DNA of 63,373 bases, from the NCBI GenBank assembly GCA_036258735.1, contig DATADC010000008.1, positions 1-63,373 on the forward strand, written 5' to 3'. Under the pieces are notes generated by a model that was given only the letters and a program-made list of their open reading frames with translations, had not been told where the DNA came from and ran no database searches. Position 1 is the first letter of the stretch, and each line of letters begins with the position of its first letter. The position numbers and the translations under genes were made by a program. Below, piece by piece: positions 1-7,781 of the stretch. The DNA is from Candidatus Limnocylindria bacterium. Lineage in GTDB: Bacteria; Chloroflexota; Limnocylindria; QHBO01.

Positions 1-267
1 AACACCATCAAGCTCAAGCTCAACCACGACCTGGAGATCCTGGGCTTGCTGGCGACGTTCTACGACGGCCGCACGGTGCTCGCCCGGGAGATGCTCGAGA
101 ACCTGCGAGAGCTCGGGGACCATCGGGTCTTCAACACGATGATCAAGAACACCGTGAAGCTGGGGGAGGCGCCGTTGACCGGAAAGCCGGTGACCGAGTA
201 CGCGACCAACTCCGCGGCGGCGCGCGCGTTCCGCGAGCTGGCCCGAGAGGTGGTGGAGCTTGGGTAG
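1..267 (+). CDS. parA: ParA/Soj-family partition ATPase, C-terminal part (5' end outside window)
   Basis: Frame 1 is open from base 1. Translation ...LGLLATFYDGRTVLAREMLENLRE...FNTMIKNTVKLGEAPLTGKPVTEYA matches the conserved ParA/Soj C-terminus. Stop TAG 265-267 overlaps the parB start. Confidence 0.8.
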   Translation, partial: NTIKLKLNHDLEILGLLATFYDGRTVLAREMLENLRELGDHRVFNTMIKNTVKLGEAPLTGKPVTEYATNSAAARAFRELAREVVELG

Positions 268-1237
268 CAAACGTCCCGCCTTCCGCGAGAACATCCACCG
301 CCTGTTCGACGAGGCGCAGCGGACCGACCTTGGGCCTGGCCTCGTCTCGCTGATCGAGTCACGCGCCACGAAAGCGACCATGCGCGAGGTGCAGCTGGAT
401 CGCATCCTGCCTAACCCGGCGCAGCCAAGGCTGTCGTACGAGGAGGAGTCTCTCACCGAGCTCGCCGATTCCATCCGCGAGCATGGCGTCCTGCAGCCCA
501 TCCTGGTGCGCCCGGTCGGCTCGCAGTTCGAGCTCATCGCCGGCGAGCGCCGCTGGCGCGCGTCGCGCCTGGCCAAGCGGGACAGCATTCCGGCCATCGT
601 GGTCGAGTTCGACGACCAGACGGCGCTGGAGGTGTCGATCATCGAGAACCTACAGCGCGAGGACGTATCACCGCTCGAGGAGGCGGCCATGTTCCGCAAG
701 ATGACGGACCTCGGCTACTCGGTCCGCCAACTGGCGCAGCGGATCGGCAAGGACAAGGGCTATGTCGAGAACCGAATGCGCCTGTCCGATGCGCCTCCCG
801 ACATCCGCGAGCTGGTGTCCGTGCGCAAAGACACCATCAGCCACGCCTACGAGCTGATGAAGATCGGCGACGAGCGGCTCCGCCGCCGCCTGGCCAAGAA
901 GGTCGCGGCCGGAGAGCTGCCGCTGGCGAGGCTGCGCGCCATGACCGGCACGGACGGAGACGGCGAGAATGGCGAGCGCCCCCGTCGCCGCGGCCGAACG
1001 ACCGCCGGCGAGGTGGCGGTAGCGAGGGCCGCTCGGGCCACCGACGACGCGCTGATGGTCAATCGAGCCAGGCTGGCCGATGCCATCGAAGAACTGGTGA
1101 GCCTGCTTCGGCAGCCCGAGGTCATCGAACAGATTCCCGATACGAACCGGGACAACCTGGCGCGCAACCTGACCGTGACGAAACTCAAGCTCGAGAACGC
1201 CATCGCCATCATTCGTGCCACCCGAGAGCCGGCGTAG
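260..1237 (+). CDS. parB: ParB/Spo0J-family partition protein
   Basis: ParB box motifs LPNPAQPR, HGVLQPILVRP and GERRWRASRLA, plus an HTH (YSVRQLAQRIGKDKGYVENRMRL). TTG start at 260 overlaps the parA stop; the GLVSLIE segment typical of ParB N-termini lies upstream of the first ATG (380). Confidence 0.85.
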   Translation: MGSKRPAFRENIHRLFDEAQRTDLGPGLVSLIESRATKATMREVQLDRILPNPAQPRLSYEEESLTELADSIREHGVLQPILVRPVGSQFELIAGERRWRASRLAKRDSIPAIVVEFDDQTALEVSIIENLQREDVSPLEEAAMFRKMTDLGYSVRQLAQRIGKDKGYVENRMRLSDAPPDIRELVSVRKDTISHAYELMKIGDERLRRRLAKKVAAGELPLARLRAMTGTDGDGENGERPRRRGRTTAGEVAVARAARATDDALMVNRARLADAIEELVSLLRQPEVIEQIPDTNRDNLARNLTVTKLKLENAIAIIRATREPA

Positions 1238-1255
1238 GCACGCGGTGAGGCGGCC

Positions 1256-1612
1256 TCAGGCCGTGTAGCTCATCACCTCTCGCTGGGCGACGAGGAAGTC
1301 GACCAGGCGCGCACGGGCGTTCGGGTCGATCCGGCGCAGGCCGCGGACCGCCTTGGGCAGCTCAAAGATCGGCGCCGCCAGCTGGCCGGCGGTGTCGATG
1401 CCGACCACGTGGTCCGGCCCTCCACCGACCAGGAATGCCCGCTGGAAGCCGCGCCCGTCCAGGCCGGTGATGTCGCAGAAGGCGGCGATGGCGGTGCCCA
1501 CGCCCATGCGCTTGGCGAAGTCCATGAACAGGTCGCCCGCCCAATGGTCGATCTGCTCGTCGGACTGCGACGAGACCATCGCCCGGTACTCGCCCGCTTC
1601 CCGCTCGCTCAC
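1256..1612 (-). CDS. hypothetical protein (118 aa)
   Basis: ORF with GC3-biased codons and a balanced, non-Arg/Pro-rich composition, unlike the overlapping frames. No family recognised by eye. Confidence 0.5.
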   Translation of the reverse strand: MSEREAGEYRAMVSSQSDEQIDHWAGDLFMDFAKRMGVGTAIAAFCDITGLDGRGFQRAFLVGGGPDHVVGIDTAGQLAAPIFELPKAVRGLRRIDPNARARLVDFLVAQREVMSYTA

Positions 1613-1720
1613 GCGCCTCCTCCAGCTGGTCTCGACCGCCCGATTCTAGCCGAGCGCGGCCGCCGATCCGCCGCGCTCGGCATGCCGGCGCGGGCTCGTC
1701 GTTCCGCTATTCTGCGCGCG

Positions 1721-2281
1721 ATGACCGAGCGTCCCACAGATCCGCGCACCGAGGACACGATCACCTACGAGCTGGTACGCACGCTTCGGCCCAGCGGGCA
1801 GTCCGAGGTGGTGGGTAGCGTCACCTTCAAGGACGGCCGCTCCACGGTGAACGCGCCAGAGCCGGTCGCCGTGGCCGTGCGTGAGCTGCTGGGCCGAGCG
1901 TTCGTCGATCGCGTCCAAGCGGACGAGCGGCCGCGCGGCTACCGACGCAGCGGGCAAGGCGGCGTTGACATGCTGGTCCCCGGCATGCCCGAGCACTTCA
2001 TGGCTCGCCTGCGCGGCCTGTGGCTCCCCTACCCCGATGGCACGGTCGTCACGGCGCGGGAGGCTGCCCTTGGACCGACTCGCGCTCCGGCTCTTGCCGA
2101 GGTTTACGAGCCGGGTGCCACGGTGACCGACCCGGCCGTCCGCCGCATGACGCTGGCTGAGAGCGAACGGGTCCTCGATACGCGCCCGATCGTCCAGGCC
2201 AATCCGCCGGCGACTGGCCTGCGGCCGCCGGCCGAGCGGCCGCGCGAGGTCAATCGCACCGACTGCGGCTGGATCGCCTGA
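1721..2281 (+). CDS. hypothetical protein (186 aa)
   Basis: ATG at 1721 inside ORF 1409..2281. Upstream of it the frame overlaps the minus-strand gene and is Arg/Ala junk; downstream (MTERPTDPRTEDTITYELVRTL...) looks protein-like. No family recognised. Confidence 0.5.
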   Translation: MTERPTDPRTEDTITYELVRTLRPSGQSEVVGSVTFKDGRSTVNAPEPVAVAVRELLGRAFVDRVQADERPRGYRRSGQGGVDMLVPGMPEHFMARLRGLWLPYPDGTVVTAREAALGPTRAPALAEVYEPGATVTDPAVRRMTLAESERVLDTRPIVQANPPATGLRPPAERPREVNRTDCGWIA

Positions 2282-2370
2282 TCAAGCTGCGTCATAGATT
2301 TACCTACATTCGGCTCTGCGCGGGACCTCGTCCCGTCGGGCCACTCGACCGTTCAACTATCATCCGCGGC

Positions 2371-2580
2371 ATGTCGGTCTGGAAGTACATGGCGCTGCCG
2401 CTGCTCATCGCCGGCGTGGGCGTCGTTTACTGGATCGCCAGCTACGAGTGGATCGGCACGGTGCTGCTCATCGTGTTCGCGCTCGCCATGGCCGTGATGG
2501 GATGGGTCCTGATCCCCACCCTCGACAACGTCGGACCCACGGCACCGGTCGACCCCGATTTCGAGGATCCCGGTCGCTGA
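2371..2580 (+). CDS. small two-TM membrane protein (69 aa)
   Basis: Two clear hydrophobic helices (ALPLLIAGVGVVYWIA; GTVLLIVFALAMAVMGWVLI) and strong GC3 bias. Faintly resembles actinobacterial oxidase subunit-IV-like small proteins, but that is not supportable. Confidence 0.5.
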   Translation: MSVWKYMALPLLIAGVGVVYWIASYEWIGTVLLIVFALAMAVMGWVLIPTLDNVGPTAPVDPDFEDPGR

Positions 2581-2717
2581 CCCGGCGGTGACAGCACGAT
2601 GCCGGGCAACTGCGGCTGCCCTAGCGGTCGTGCCGCTAACACAGTTGCCCGGCGCAGAAGTACTAACGGCGGCGAGGGCTCGGCGTTAGTCCCATCGGCA
2701 CAGCACTGGGTGTCAAA

Positions 2718-3137
2718 TTGACGACACCCCTTGGCGACCGGATACCGGAATGGATGGGTGGCCTGTTGCTGGCGTTTGCTGCGGTGGTAGCGATGTGGGC
2801 CGTGCTCGTCGCGATCATCTGGCTGCATCGGCCTTCTCGGCACCTGGCCGGCGCGGCCATGCGCCTGCTCCCCGACCTCCTTGGCTTGCTCCGCACCGTG
2901 ATCGCCGACCCGGCCACGCCTCGCCGCGAGCGTTGGCTGCTGGTGGGCCTGCTCGCCTGGCTGGCCAGCCCGGTCGACCTGATACCGGAATTCCTGCCCG
3001 GCATCGGACCGCTCGACGACATCGTCGTGGCCGCGGTGGTGCTGCGGTGGGTGGCCCGCCGCCTGGGGCGCGACTACCTTCGTGAGCGGTGGCCGGGCAG
3101 CCAGGACGGATTCGCCCTGGTCGAGCGGCTCCTTTAG
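2718..3137 (+). CDS. DUF1232 (YkvA-like) membrane protein
   Basis: Motif [26 protein letters not shown] is the DUF1232 signature (DLIPDFIPvlGylDD), with flanking TM helices. Start is uncertain: TTG 2718 or ATG 2754. Confidence 0.65.
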   Translation: MTTPLGDRIPEWMGGLLLAFAAVVAMWAVLVAIIWLHRPSRHLAGAAMRLLPDLLGLLRTVIADPATPRRERWLLVGLLAWLASPVDLIPEFLPGIGPLDDIVVAAVVLRWVARRLGRDYLRERWPGSQDGFALVERLL

Positions 3138-3202
3138 GTCTGGGGTCGCCGTATCGCGGCCGGGCCCTGCGGTCCATCGGTCGATCCGGCAATATCGGCG
3201 AG

Positions 3203-3630
3203 ATGACCAACGGCCAGGGCGGTGCCGCCTGGGGCACGATCCAGGTGCGTGGCGCGCGGGAGAACGACCTGCGCGACGTCAGCCTCGACATCCCGAAACG
3301 GCGGCTGACGGTGTTCACCGGCGTCAGCGGCTCGGGCAAGAGCTCGCTCGTGTCCGAAACTATCGCCGCCGAGTCTCGCCGCCTCATCAACGAGACGTAC
3401 AGCGCGTTCGTGCAGGGCTTCATGCCCCAGCAGGCGCGGCAATCGTCATCGAGCACAACCTCGACATCGTGGCTCGCGCCGACTGGGTGATCGACCTCGG
3501 TCCCGGTACCGGCCACGATGGGGGCCGGATCGTGTTCGAGGGTCCGCCGGCCGAGTTGGCCCGGGCGGAGGGCACCCTGACCGGCGAGCACCTTCGGCGC
3601 CGCCTCGAGGCAGCGCTCGCGACCGTCTGA
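3203..3630 (+). pseudogene. UvrA-like ABC ATPase remnant: N-terminal ~77 codons joined out of frame to the last ~63 codons
   Basis: 3203-3433 encodes [38 protein letters not shown]...[17 protein letters not shown] (UvrA-paralog N-terminus with Walker A). 3439-3630, in a different frame, encodes [37 protein letters not shown]... (UvrA C-terminus). The several hundred codons normally between them are absent. Confidence 0.7.
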
Positions 3631-3649
3631 ACCGTTCAGCCTGATCCCT

Positions 3650-4132
3650 TCAGCCCACGGCCTTCTTCACGAGCGCGGTGATCTTGGCCTCGTCCGCGGC
3701 GGTCAGCTTCGTCAGCGCCCACGAGGTCGGCCACATGGTGCCGTCGTCGAGCTTCGCTTCGGCGTTGAAGCCGAGCGTCGCGTAGCGCTCCTTGAACTTC
3801 GCCGCGGGCGTGAAGAAGCAGATGACCTTGCCGTCCTGGCTGGCATAGGCGGGCATCCCGTACCAGGTTCGCGGAACGAGGTCGGGTGCGGTGTCCTTGA
3901 CGATGGCATGGATGCGCTCCGCCATGGCGCGATCCGACGGCGGCATCTCGGCGATCTTGGCGAGCACGTCGGCTTCGCCCTGCGCCGCCTTGTCCGCGCT
4001 CTTGCCCCGGCGCGCAGAGGACTTCATCTCGCGGGCGTGCTCCTGCATCGCAGCCCGCTCCTCGTCCGTCCAGACCGCTGCTGTCGTGTCACGCGATGTC
4101 GTGCGCTTGGTCGCCTTCTTCGTGTCACTCAT
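3650..4132 (-). CDS. DUF1801 (YdhG-like) domain protein
   Basis: C-terminal half ([38 protein letters not shown]) resembles the YdhG/DUF1801 family. Lies 30 nt downstream of the VOC gene on the same strand. Confidence 0.55.
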   Translation of the reverse strand: MSDTKKATKRTTSRDTTAAVWTDEERAAMQEHAREMKSSARRGKSADKAAQGEADVLAKIAEMPPSDRAMAERIHAIVKDTAPDLVPRTWYGMPAYASQDGKVICFFTPAAKFKERYATLGFNAEAKLDDGTMWPTSWALTKLTAADEAKITALVKKAVG

Positions 4133-4162
4133 TGCAGGTTTCTCCTCGGTTACGGGTGTCGG

Positions 4163-4576
4163 TCAGCCGCGTGCCTGGCTGACGCGAATCAGGTTCCCGG
4201 CCGGATCGCGGAAGGCGCAGTCGCGGTCTCCCCACGGCTGGTCCATCGGCTCCTGGATCACGTCGGCGCCGGTGGCCTGCACGCGGTCGAACGTCGCCTC
4301 GATGTCCGAGGTCGAGAAGTTCACGCCCCGCAGCAGGCCCTTGGCGAGCAGGTCGGCAATCGTCTCGCGATCAGCAGCCGAGATGCCGGGATCGGCCGCG
4401 GGAGGCTCCAGCACGATGTTGACGTCGGGCTGGGAGGCCGCTCCCAGGGTGACCCAGCGCATGCCCTTGGCCGCGACGTCGTTGCGCACCTCGAGCCCCA
4501 GCGCGTCGCGGTAGAAGGCGATCGCCGTGTCGTGGTCGTCCACCAAGAGGAAGCAGGTATGCAGTTTCACGTCCAT
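4163..4576 (-). CDS. VOC-family (glyoxalase/bleomycin-resistance/dioxygenase) protein
   Basis: MDVKLHTCFLLVDDHDTAIAFYRDALGLEV...DQPWGDRDCAFRDPAGNLIRV is a typical VOC beta-alpha-beta-beta-beta module pair. Lies 10 nt downstream of araC. Confidence 0.8.
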   Translation of the reverse strand: MDVKLHTCFLLVDDHDTAIAFYRDALGLEVRNDVAAKGMRWVTLGAASQPDVNIVLEPPAADPGISAADRETIADLLAKGLLRGVNFSTSDIEATFDRVQATGADVIQEPMDQPWGDRDCAFRDPAGNLIRVSQARG

Positions 4577-4586
4577 GGAGGCGAGC

Positions 4587-5042
4587 CTATCGGCTGGCGG
4601 TGGAAACCGCTTCTCGATTCCTGACCGGTCGCAGCGCCGCCCGCACCAGGCAGGCGGGCAGTGGCTCCGTCCACGAGTGATCCCGCGCTCGATATGCGCT
4701 GGGGCTCTCGCCCACGAGCTCGGTGAACCGGGTGCTGAAGGTGCCCAGGGATGAGCAGCCGACCTCCAAGCAGACCTCGGTCACCGACAGGTCGCCGCGC
4801 CGCAGCAGGGCCATGGCGCGCTCGATGCGCCGCGTCATGAGGTAGCTGTACGGGGTCTCGCCGTAGGCGGCGCGAAAGCTCCGTGAGAAGTGACCGGACG
4901 ACATGCACGCGGTCCGGGCCAGGGCCTCCACGTCAAGCGGGAGCGCGTACTCTCGATCCATCTGGTCTCGCGCGCGCCGCAGACGTACCAGGTCGTCCCG
5001 ATCCATGTCCCGCACCATACCATCGGCTGGGGACGCCCCCAC
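4587..5042 (-). CDS. AraC-family transcriptional regulator
   Basis: AraC HTH signature: LDVEALARTACMSSGHFSRSFRAAYGETPYSYLMTRRIERAMALLRRGDLSVTEVCLEVGCSSLGTFSTRF. Three candidate ATGs near the 5' end. Confidence 0.8.
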   Translation of the reverse strand: MGASPADGMVRDMDRDDLVRLRRARDQMDREYALPLDVEALARTACMSSGHFSRSFRAAYGETPYSYLMTRRIERAMALLRRGDLSVTEVCLEVGCSSLGTFSTRFTELVGESPSAYRARDHSWTEPLPACLVRAALRPVRNREAVSTASR

Positions 5043-5066
5043 GGATATTCCTCTGCGCCTCCGGTA

Positions 5067-6392
5067 ATGGCGTGGCGCGCACCGTGCATGTCCCGGCGAT
5101 CAACCGTGGAAGCCCGGACAACCCCACCTCGTGTCGTGCGCCTGAGCGCGGCACGCCTGCCGACGCGCCTTGGCGCCTTCGAGGCGCTCGTCTTCGCCGA
5201 CCACCTCGACGGCAGCGAACCGGTCGCCCTGGTTCACGGCGACGTTGCGTCGGCTGATGCGCCGCTGGTGAGGCTCCATTCCGAGTGCTGGACCGGCGAC
5301 GTGGTCGGCTCGCTGCGCTGTGACTGCGGCGACCAGCTCGGACGCGCGCTGACAGAGATCACGTCGGAGGGTGCGGGCGTCCTGCTGTACCTGCGCCAGG
5401 AAGGCCGGGGCATCGGTCTAGCCAACAAGCTGCGCGCGTATGGGCTGCAGGACAGCGGCCTGGACACGGTCGACGCCAACGCCGCGATGGGACTCCCGGT
5501 CGACGCGAGAAATTACGGCGGCGCCGCAGCGATCCTGCTCGAGCTGGGCCTCACCCGCATTCGGCTCATGACCAACAACCCTGCAAAAGTTGCTGCGCTG
5601 GAGGCGGCCGGCATCACCGTGGTCGAGCGCGTCCCGGTGACCGCGCTCCCCAACCTCGTGAACACCGGGTACCTCGAGGCCAAGATCGCCAGGCTGGGTC
5701 ATGCGGTGCCGAAGCGTCCGCCCAGGCCATCGGTCACGATTCACTACGCCCAGACGCTCGACGGGCGGCTCGCGACGCGGACTGGGGAATCCCAATGGAT
5801 CAGCGCGGAGGCCTCGTCCAGGTTCGCTCATCGGCTTCGAGCGTCGCACGCGGCGATCATGGTCGGCGCCGGCACCGTCATGGCCGACGACCCTCGGCTC
5901 ACCACCCGCCTGGTGGACGGCCCGTCCCCAGTTCGCGTCGTGGTGGACAGCACACTCCGGCTGTCGCCATTGTCGAAGGTCGTCAACGATGGCGGTGCGC
6001 CCACGATCCTGGCCACCACCGAGAGAGCCACGTGGGAGCGCAGGAGCGCCTTCCTGCGCTCCGACGTCGAGATCGTCGTCCTGCCGGCGACCGAAGACGG
6101 CCGGGTCGATCTGGGGGCGCTGCTCGACGAGCTCGGCCGGCGCGGGCTGGGCTCGGTCCTGGTCGAGGGCGGCGCAGGACTGATCACGGCGCTGCTGCGC
6201 GAGCACCGGGTGGGGCGCCTGGTCGTCACCATCGCCCCGATCGTCGTGGGAACCGGGATCGAGGCTGTCGGAGACCTCGACATCGTCCGGCTGCGCGATG
6301 CGCTCGCCTTCCGGCGGGCCTCGTTCTCGCAGGCCGGACCGGACGTCATCTTCGACGGCGAGCTCGAGCCATGGAGCGAGGCACGTGCCTGA
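5067..6392 (+). CDS. GTP cyclohydrolase II (RibA) fused to a RibD C-terminal-type pyrimidine reductase domain
   Basis: N-terminal half: HSECWTGDVVGSLRCDCGDQL...YLRQEGRGIGLANKLRAYGLQDSGLDTVDAN...LMTNNPAKV (GCH II). C-terminal half: VTIHYAQTLDGRLATRTG...MVGAGTVMADDPRLTTRL...VLVEGGAGLITALL (RibD_C/reductase). No deaminase (CMP/dCMP zinc) motif. Start is ATG 5067 or 5088; the ORF-track start 4890 overlaps araC. Confidence 0.8.
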   Translation: MAWRAPCMSRRSTVEARTTPPRVVRLSAARLPTRLGAFEALVFADHLDGSEPVALVHGDVASADAPLVRLHSECWTGDVVGSLRCDCGDQLGRALTEITSEGAGVLLYLRQEGRGIGLANKLRAYGLQDSGLDTVDANAAMGLPVDARNYGGAAAILLELGLTRIRLMTNNPAKVAALEAAGITVVERVPVTALPNLVNTGYLEAKIARLGHAVPKRPPRPSVTIHYAQTLDGRLATRTGESQWISAEASSRFAHRLRASHAAIMVGAGTVMADDPRLTTRLVDGPSPVRVVVDSTLRLSPLSKVVNDGGAPTILATTERATWERRSAFLRSDVEIVVLPATEDGRVDLGALLDELGRRGLGSVLVEGGAGLITALLREHRVGRLVVTIAPIVVGTGIEAVGDLDIVRLRDALAFRRASFSQAGPDVIFDGELEPWSEARA

Positions 6393-7389
6393 CGCGGTTT
6401 GGTTTCCCGCCGCGGGCGCGGTCGAGATCCGCAGCGAGCCGCCCCGCCCCCTGGGGTCCAGCGACGTCCGAGTTCATGCTCTCGTATCCGGCGTGAGCGC
6501 CGGGAGCGAGCTCCTCGTGTTTCGCGGACTAGCTCCGGACGACGTCGCGCCCGACCTGCCTACGGTCGAGGGGGACTTCCGCCTTCCGATCAAGTTCGGC
6601 TATGCCAGCGTCGGCAGGGTGGCGGAGGTGGGCCGTGACGTGACGAGCCTGGGGGCCGACGACCTGGTCTTCGTCCATCACCCACATCAGACCGACTATG
6701 TCGTGCCGGCTGACTTCCCGATCCGGCTGCCGAACGGCCTGCCGGTCGAGCGCGGGGTCTTTGCCGCAAACCTCGAGACTGCGGCAACCATTGCGCTGGA
6801 CGCTCATCCTCGGCTGGCGGAGGCAGTGCTGGTCATGGGCCAGGGCATCGTGGGCCTGCTCGTGACGATGCTGCTCAAGCGAGTCGGCGCGCGGCCGGTC
6901 ATCGCCGTGGACCTGTACGCACGCCGCCGGTACACGGCCGTGCAGGCGGGAGCAGACCACGCGCTCTCACCGGACGACGAGCTGGTGCCGCGAATCCTCG
7001 AACTGACCGGTGGACGGGGCGTGGACGTAGCCATCGAGGCGAGCGGGAGTGCTGCCGCCCTTCAGTCATGCGTGGACGCGGCCGCCTTCGGCGGGACGGT
7101 CGTCGTCGCGTCGTGGTACGGAAGCCGCCCTGTGGAGCTGGCGCTCGGAGCTGCCTTCCATCGGCGACGGCTGCGGCTCCTCAGCTCGCAGGTGTCGACG
7201 CTGGACCCGAGCCTGGGGCCCCGATGGAACCGCGAGCGCCGCACGGAACTGGTGACGGCACTTCTACTGGACTTGCCGCTGGACGACCTCATCAGCCACC
7301 GATTCCCATTCAATGCAGCGGCATCGGCCTACGAGCTGCTCGAGAGCAATCCCCAGGAGTGCCTGCAGGTGGTGCTGGAATATGTATGA
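6385..7389 (+). CDS. MDR-superfamily (zinc-type/BchC-like) dehydrogenase
   Basis: GroES-like N-terminus plus a Rossmann segment (VLVMGQGIVGLLVTMLLKRVGARPVIAVD). GTG 6385 overlaps the preceding stop by 8 nt (GTGCCTGA). The classic catalytic-zinc Cys/His pattern is not obvious by eye. Confidence 0.75.
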   Translation: MPDAVWFPAAGAVEIRSEPPRPLGSSDVRVHALVSGVSAGSELLVFRGLAPDDVAPDLPTVEGDFRLPIKFGYASVGRVAEVGRDVTSLGADDLVFVHHPHQTDYVVPADFPIRLPNGLPVERGVFAANLETAATIALDAHPRLAEAVLVMGQGIVGLLVTMLLKRVGARPVIAVDLYARRRYTAVQAGADHALSPDDELVPRILELTGGRGVDVAIEASGSAAALQSCVDAAAFGGTVVVASWYGSRPVELALGAAFHRRRLRLLSSQVSTLDPSLGPRWNRERRTELVTALLLDLPLDDLISHRFPFNAAASAYELLESNPQECLQVVLEYV

Positions 7390-7762
7390 GGTCGGTGTCG
7401 CCCGCTCATTCCACGCCGGGCACCAGCTGGACGAGTCGCCGTCCGCCGGCGATCACCACGAGCACGACTACCGCGTCGAGGCGATCGTGCGCGGCGAGTC
7501 GCTGGACTCCAACGGCATGCTGCTCGACCTCGACGCGCTGGGAGACTCGTTGACCAGGTGTCTGCGCGAGCTCGAGTCGGTTGACCTGCAATCGCTTGAG
7601 ACGTTTGAGGGCGAGAGCACGACCGTGGAGAACGTGGCCCGGCACATCTGGAACCACGTGTGTGAGCTGGTCGATCCGGCGCCGCAGCTCGCGTCGCTGC
7701 GAGTGACCGTCCACGAGTCACCCGACGCGTGGGCAGCGCTCGACCAACGCCTCGGCGCCTGA
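7382..7762 (+). CDS. 6-pyruvoyl-tetrahydropterin synthase / QueD-like protein
   Basis: ARSFHAGHQL...GDHHEHDYRVEAIVRGESLDSNGMLLDLDAL parallels QueD/PTPS (FEAAHRL...CGRLHGHSF.V...G.viDF). ATG 7382 overlaps the MDR stop (ATGTATGA). Confidence 0.7.
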   Translation: MYEVGVARSFHAGHQLDESPSAGDHHEHDYRVEAIVRGESLDSNGMLLDLDALGDSLTRCLRELESVDLQSLETFEGESTTVENVARHIWNHVCELVDPAPQLASLRVTVHESPDAWAALDQRLGA

Positions 7763-7781
7763 CGTGCGGGCGACTCCGCCG

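Noticed and set aside
1-1300. parS centromere site (TGTTNCACGTGAAACA-like) near parAB.
   Set aside because: Scanning by eye found only partial resemblance (GTGACGAAAC at about 1176) and no palindromic 16-mer. A pattern search over the whole window allowing 2-3 mismatches would be needed.
2750-3591. Overlapping ORFs 2750..3085(+), 2663..3022(-) and 2815..3591(-) across the DUF1232 gene and UvrA remnant.
   Set aside because: Arg/Pro/Gly-rich junk translations. The DUF1232 signature and the UvrA motifs identify the real frames.
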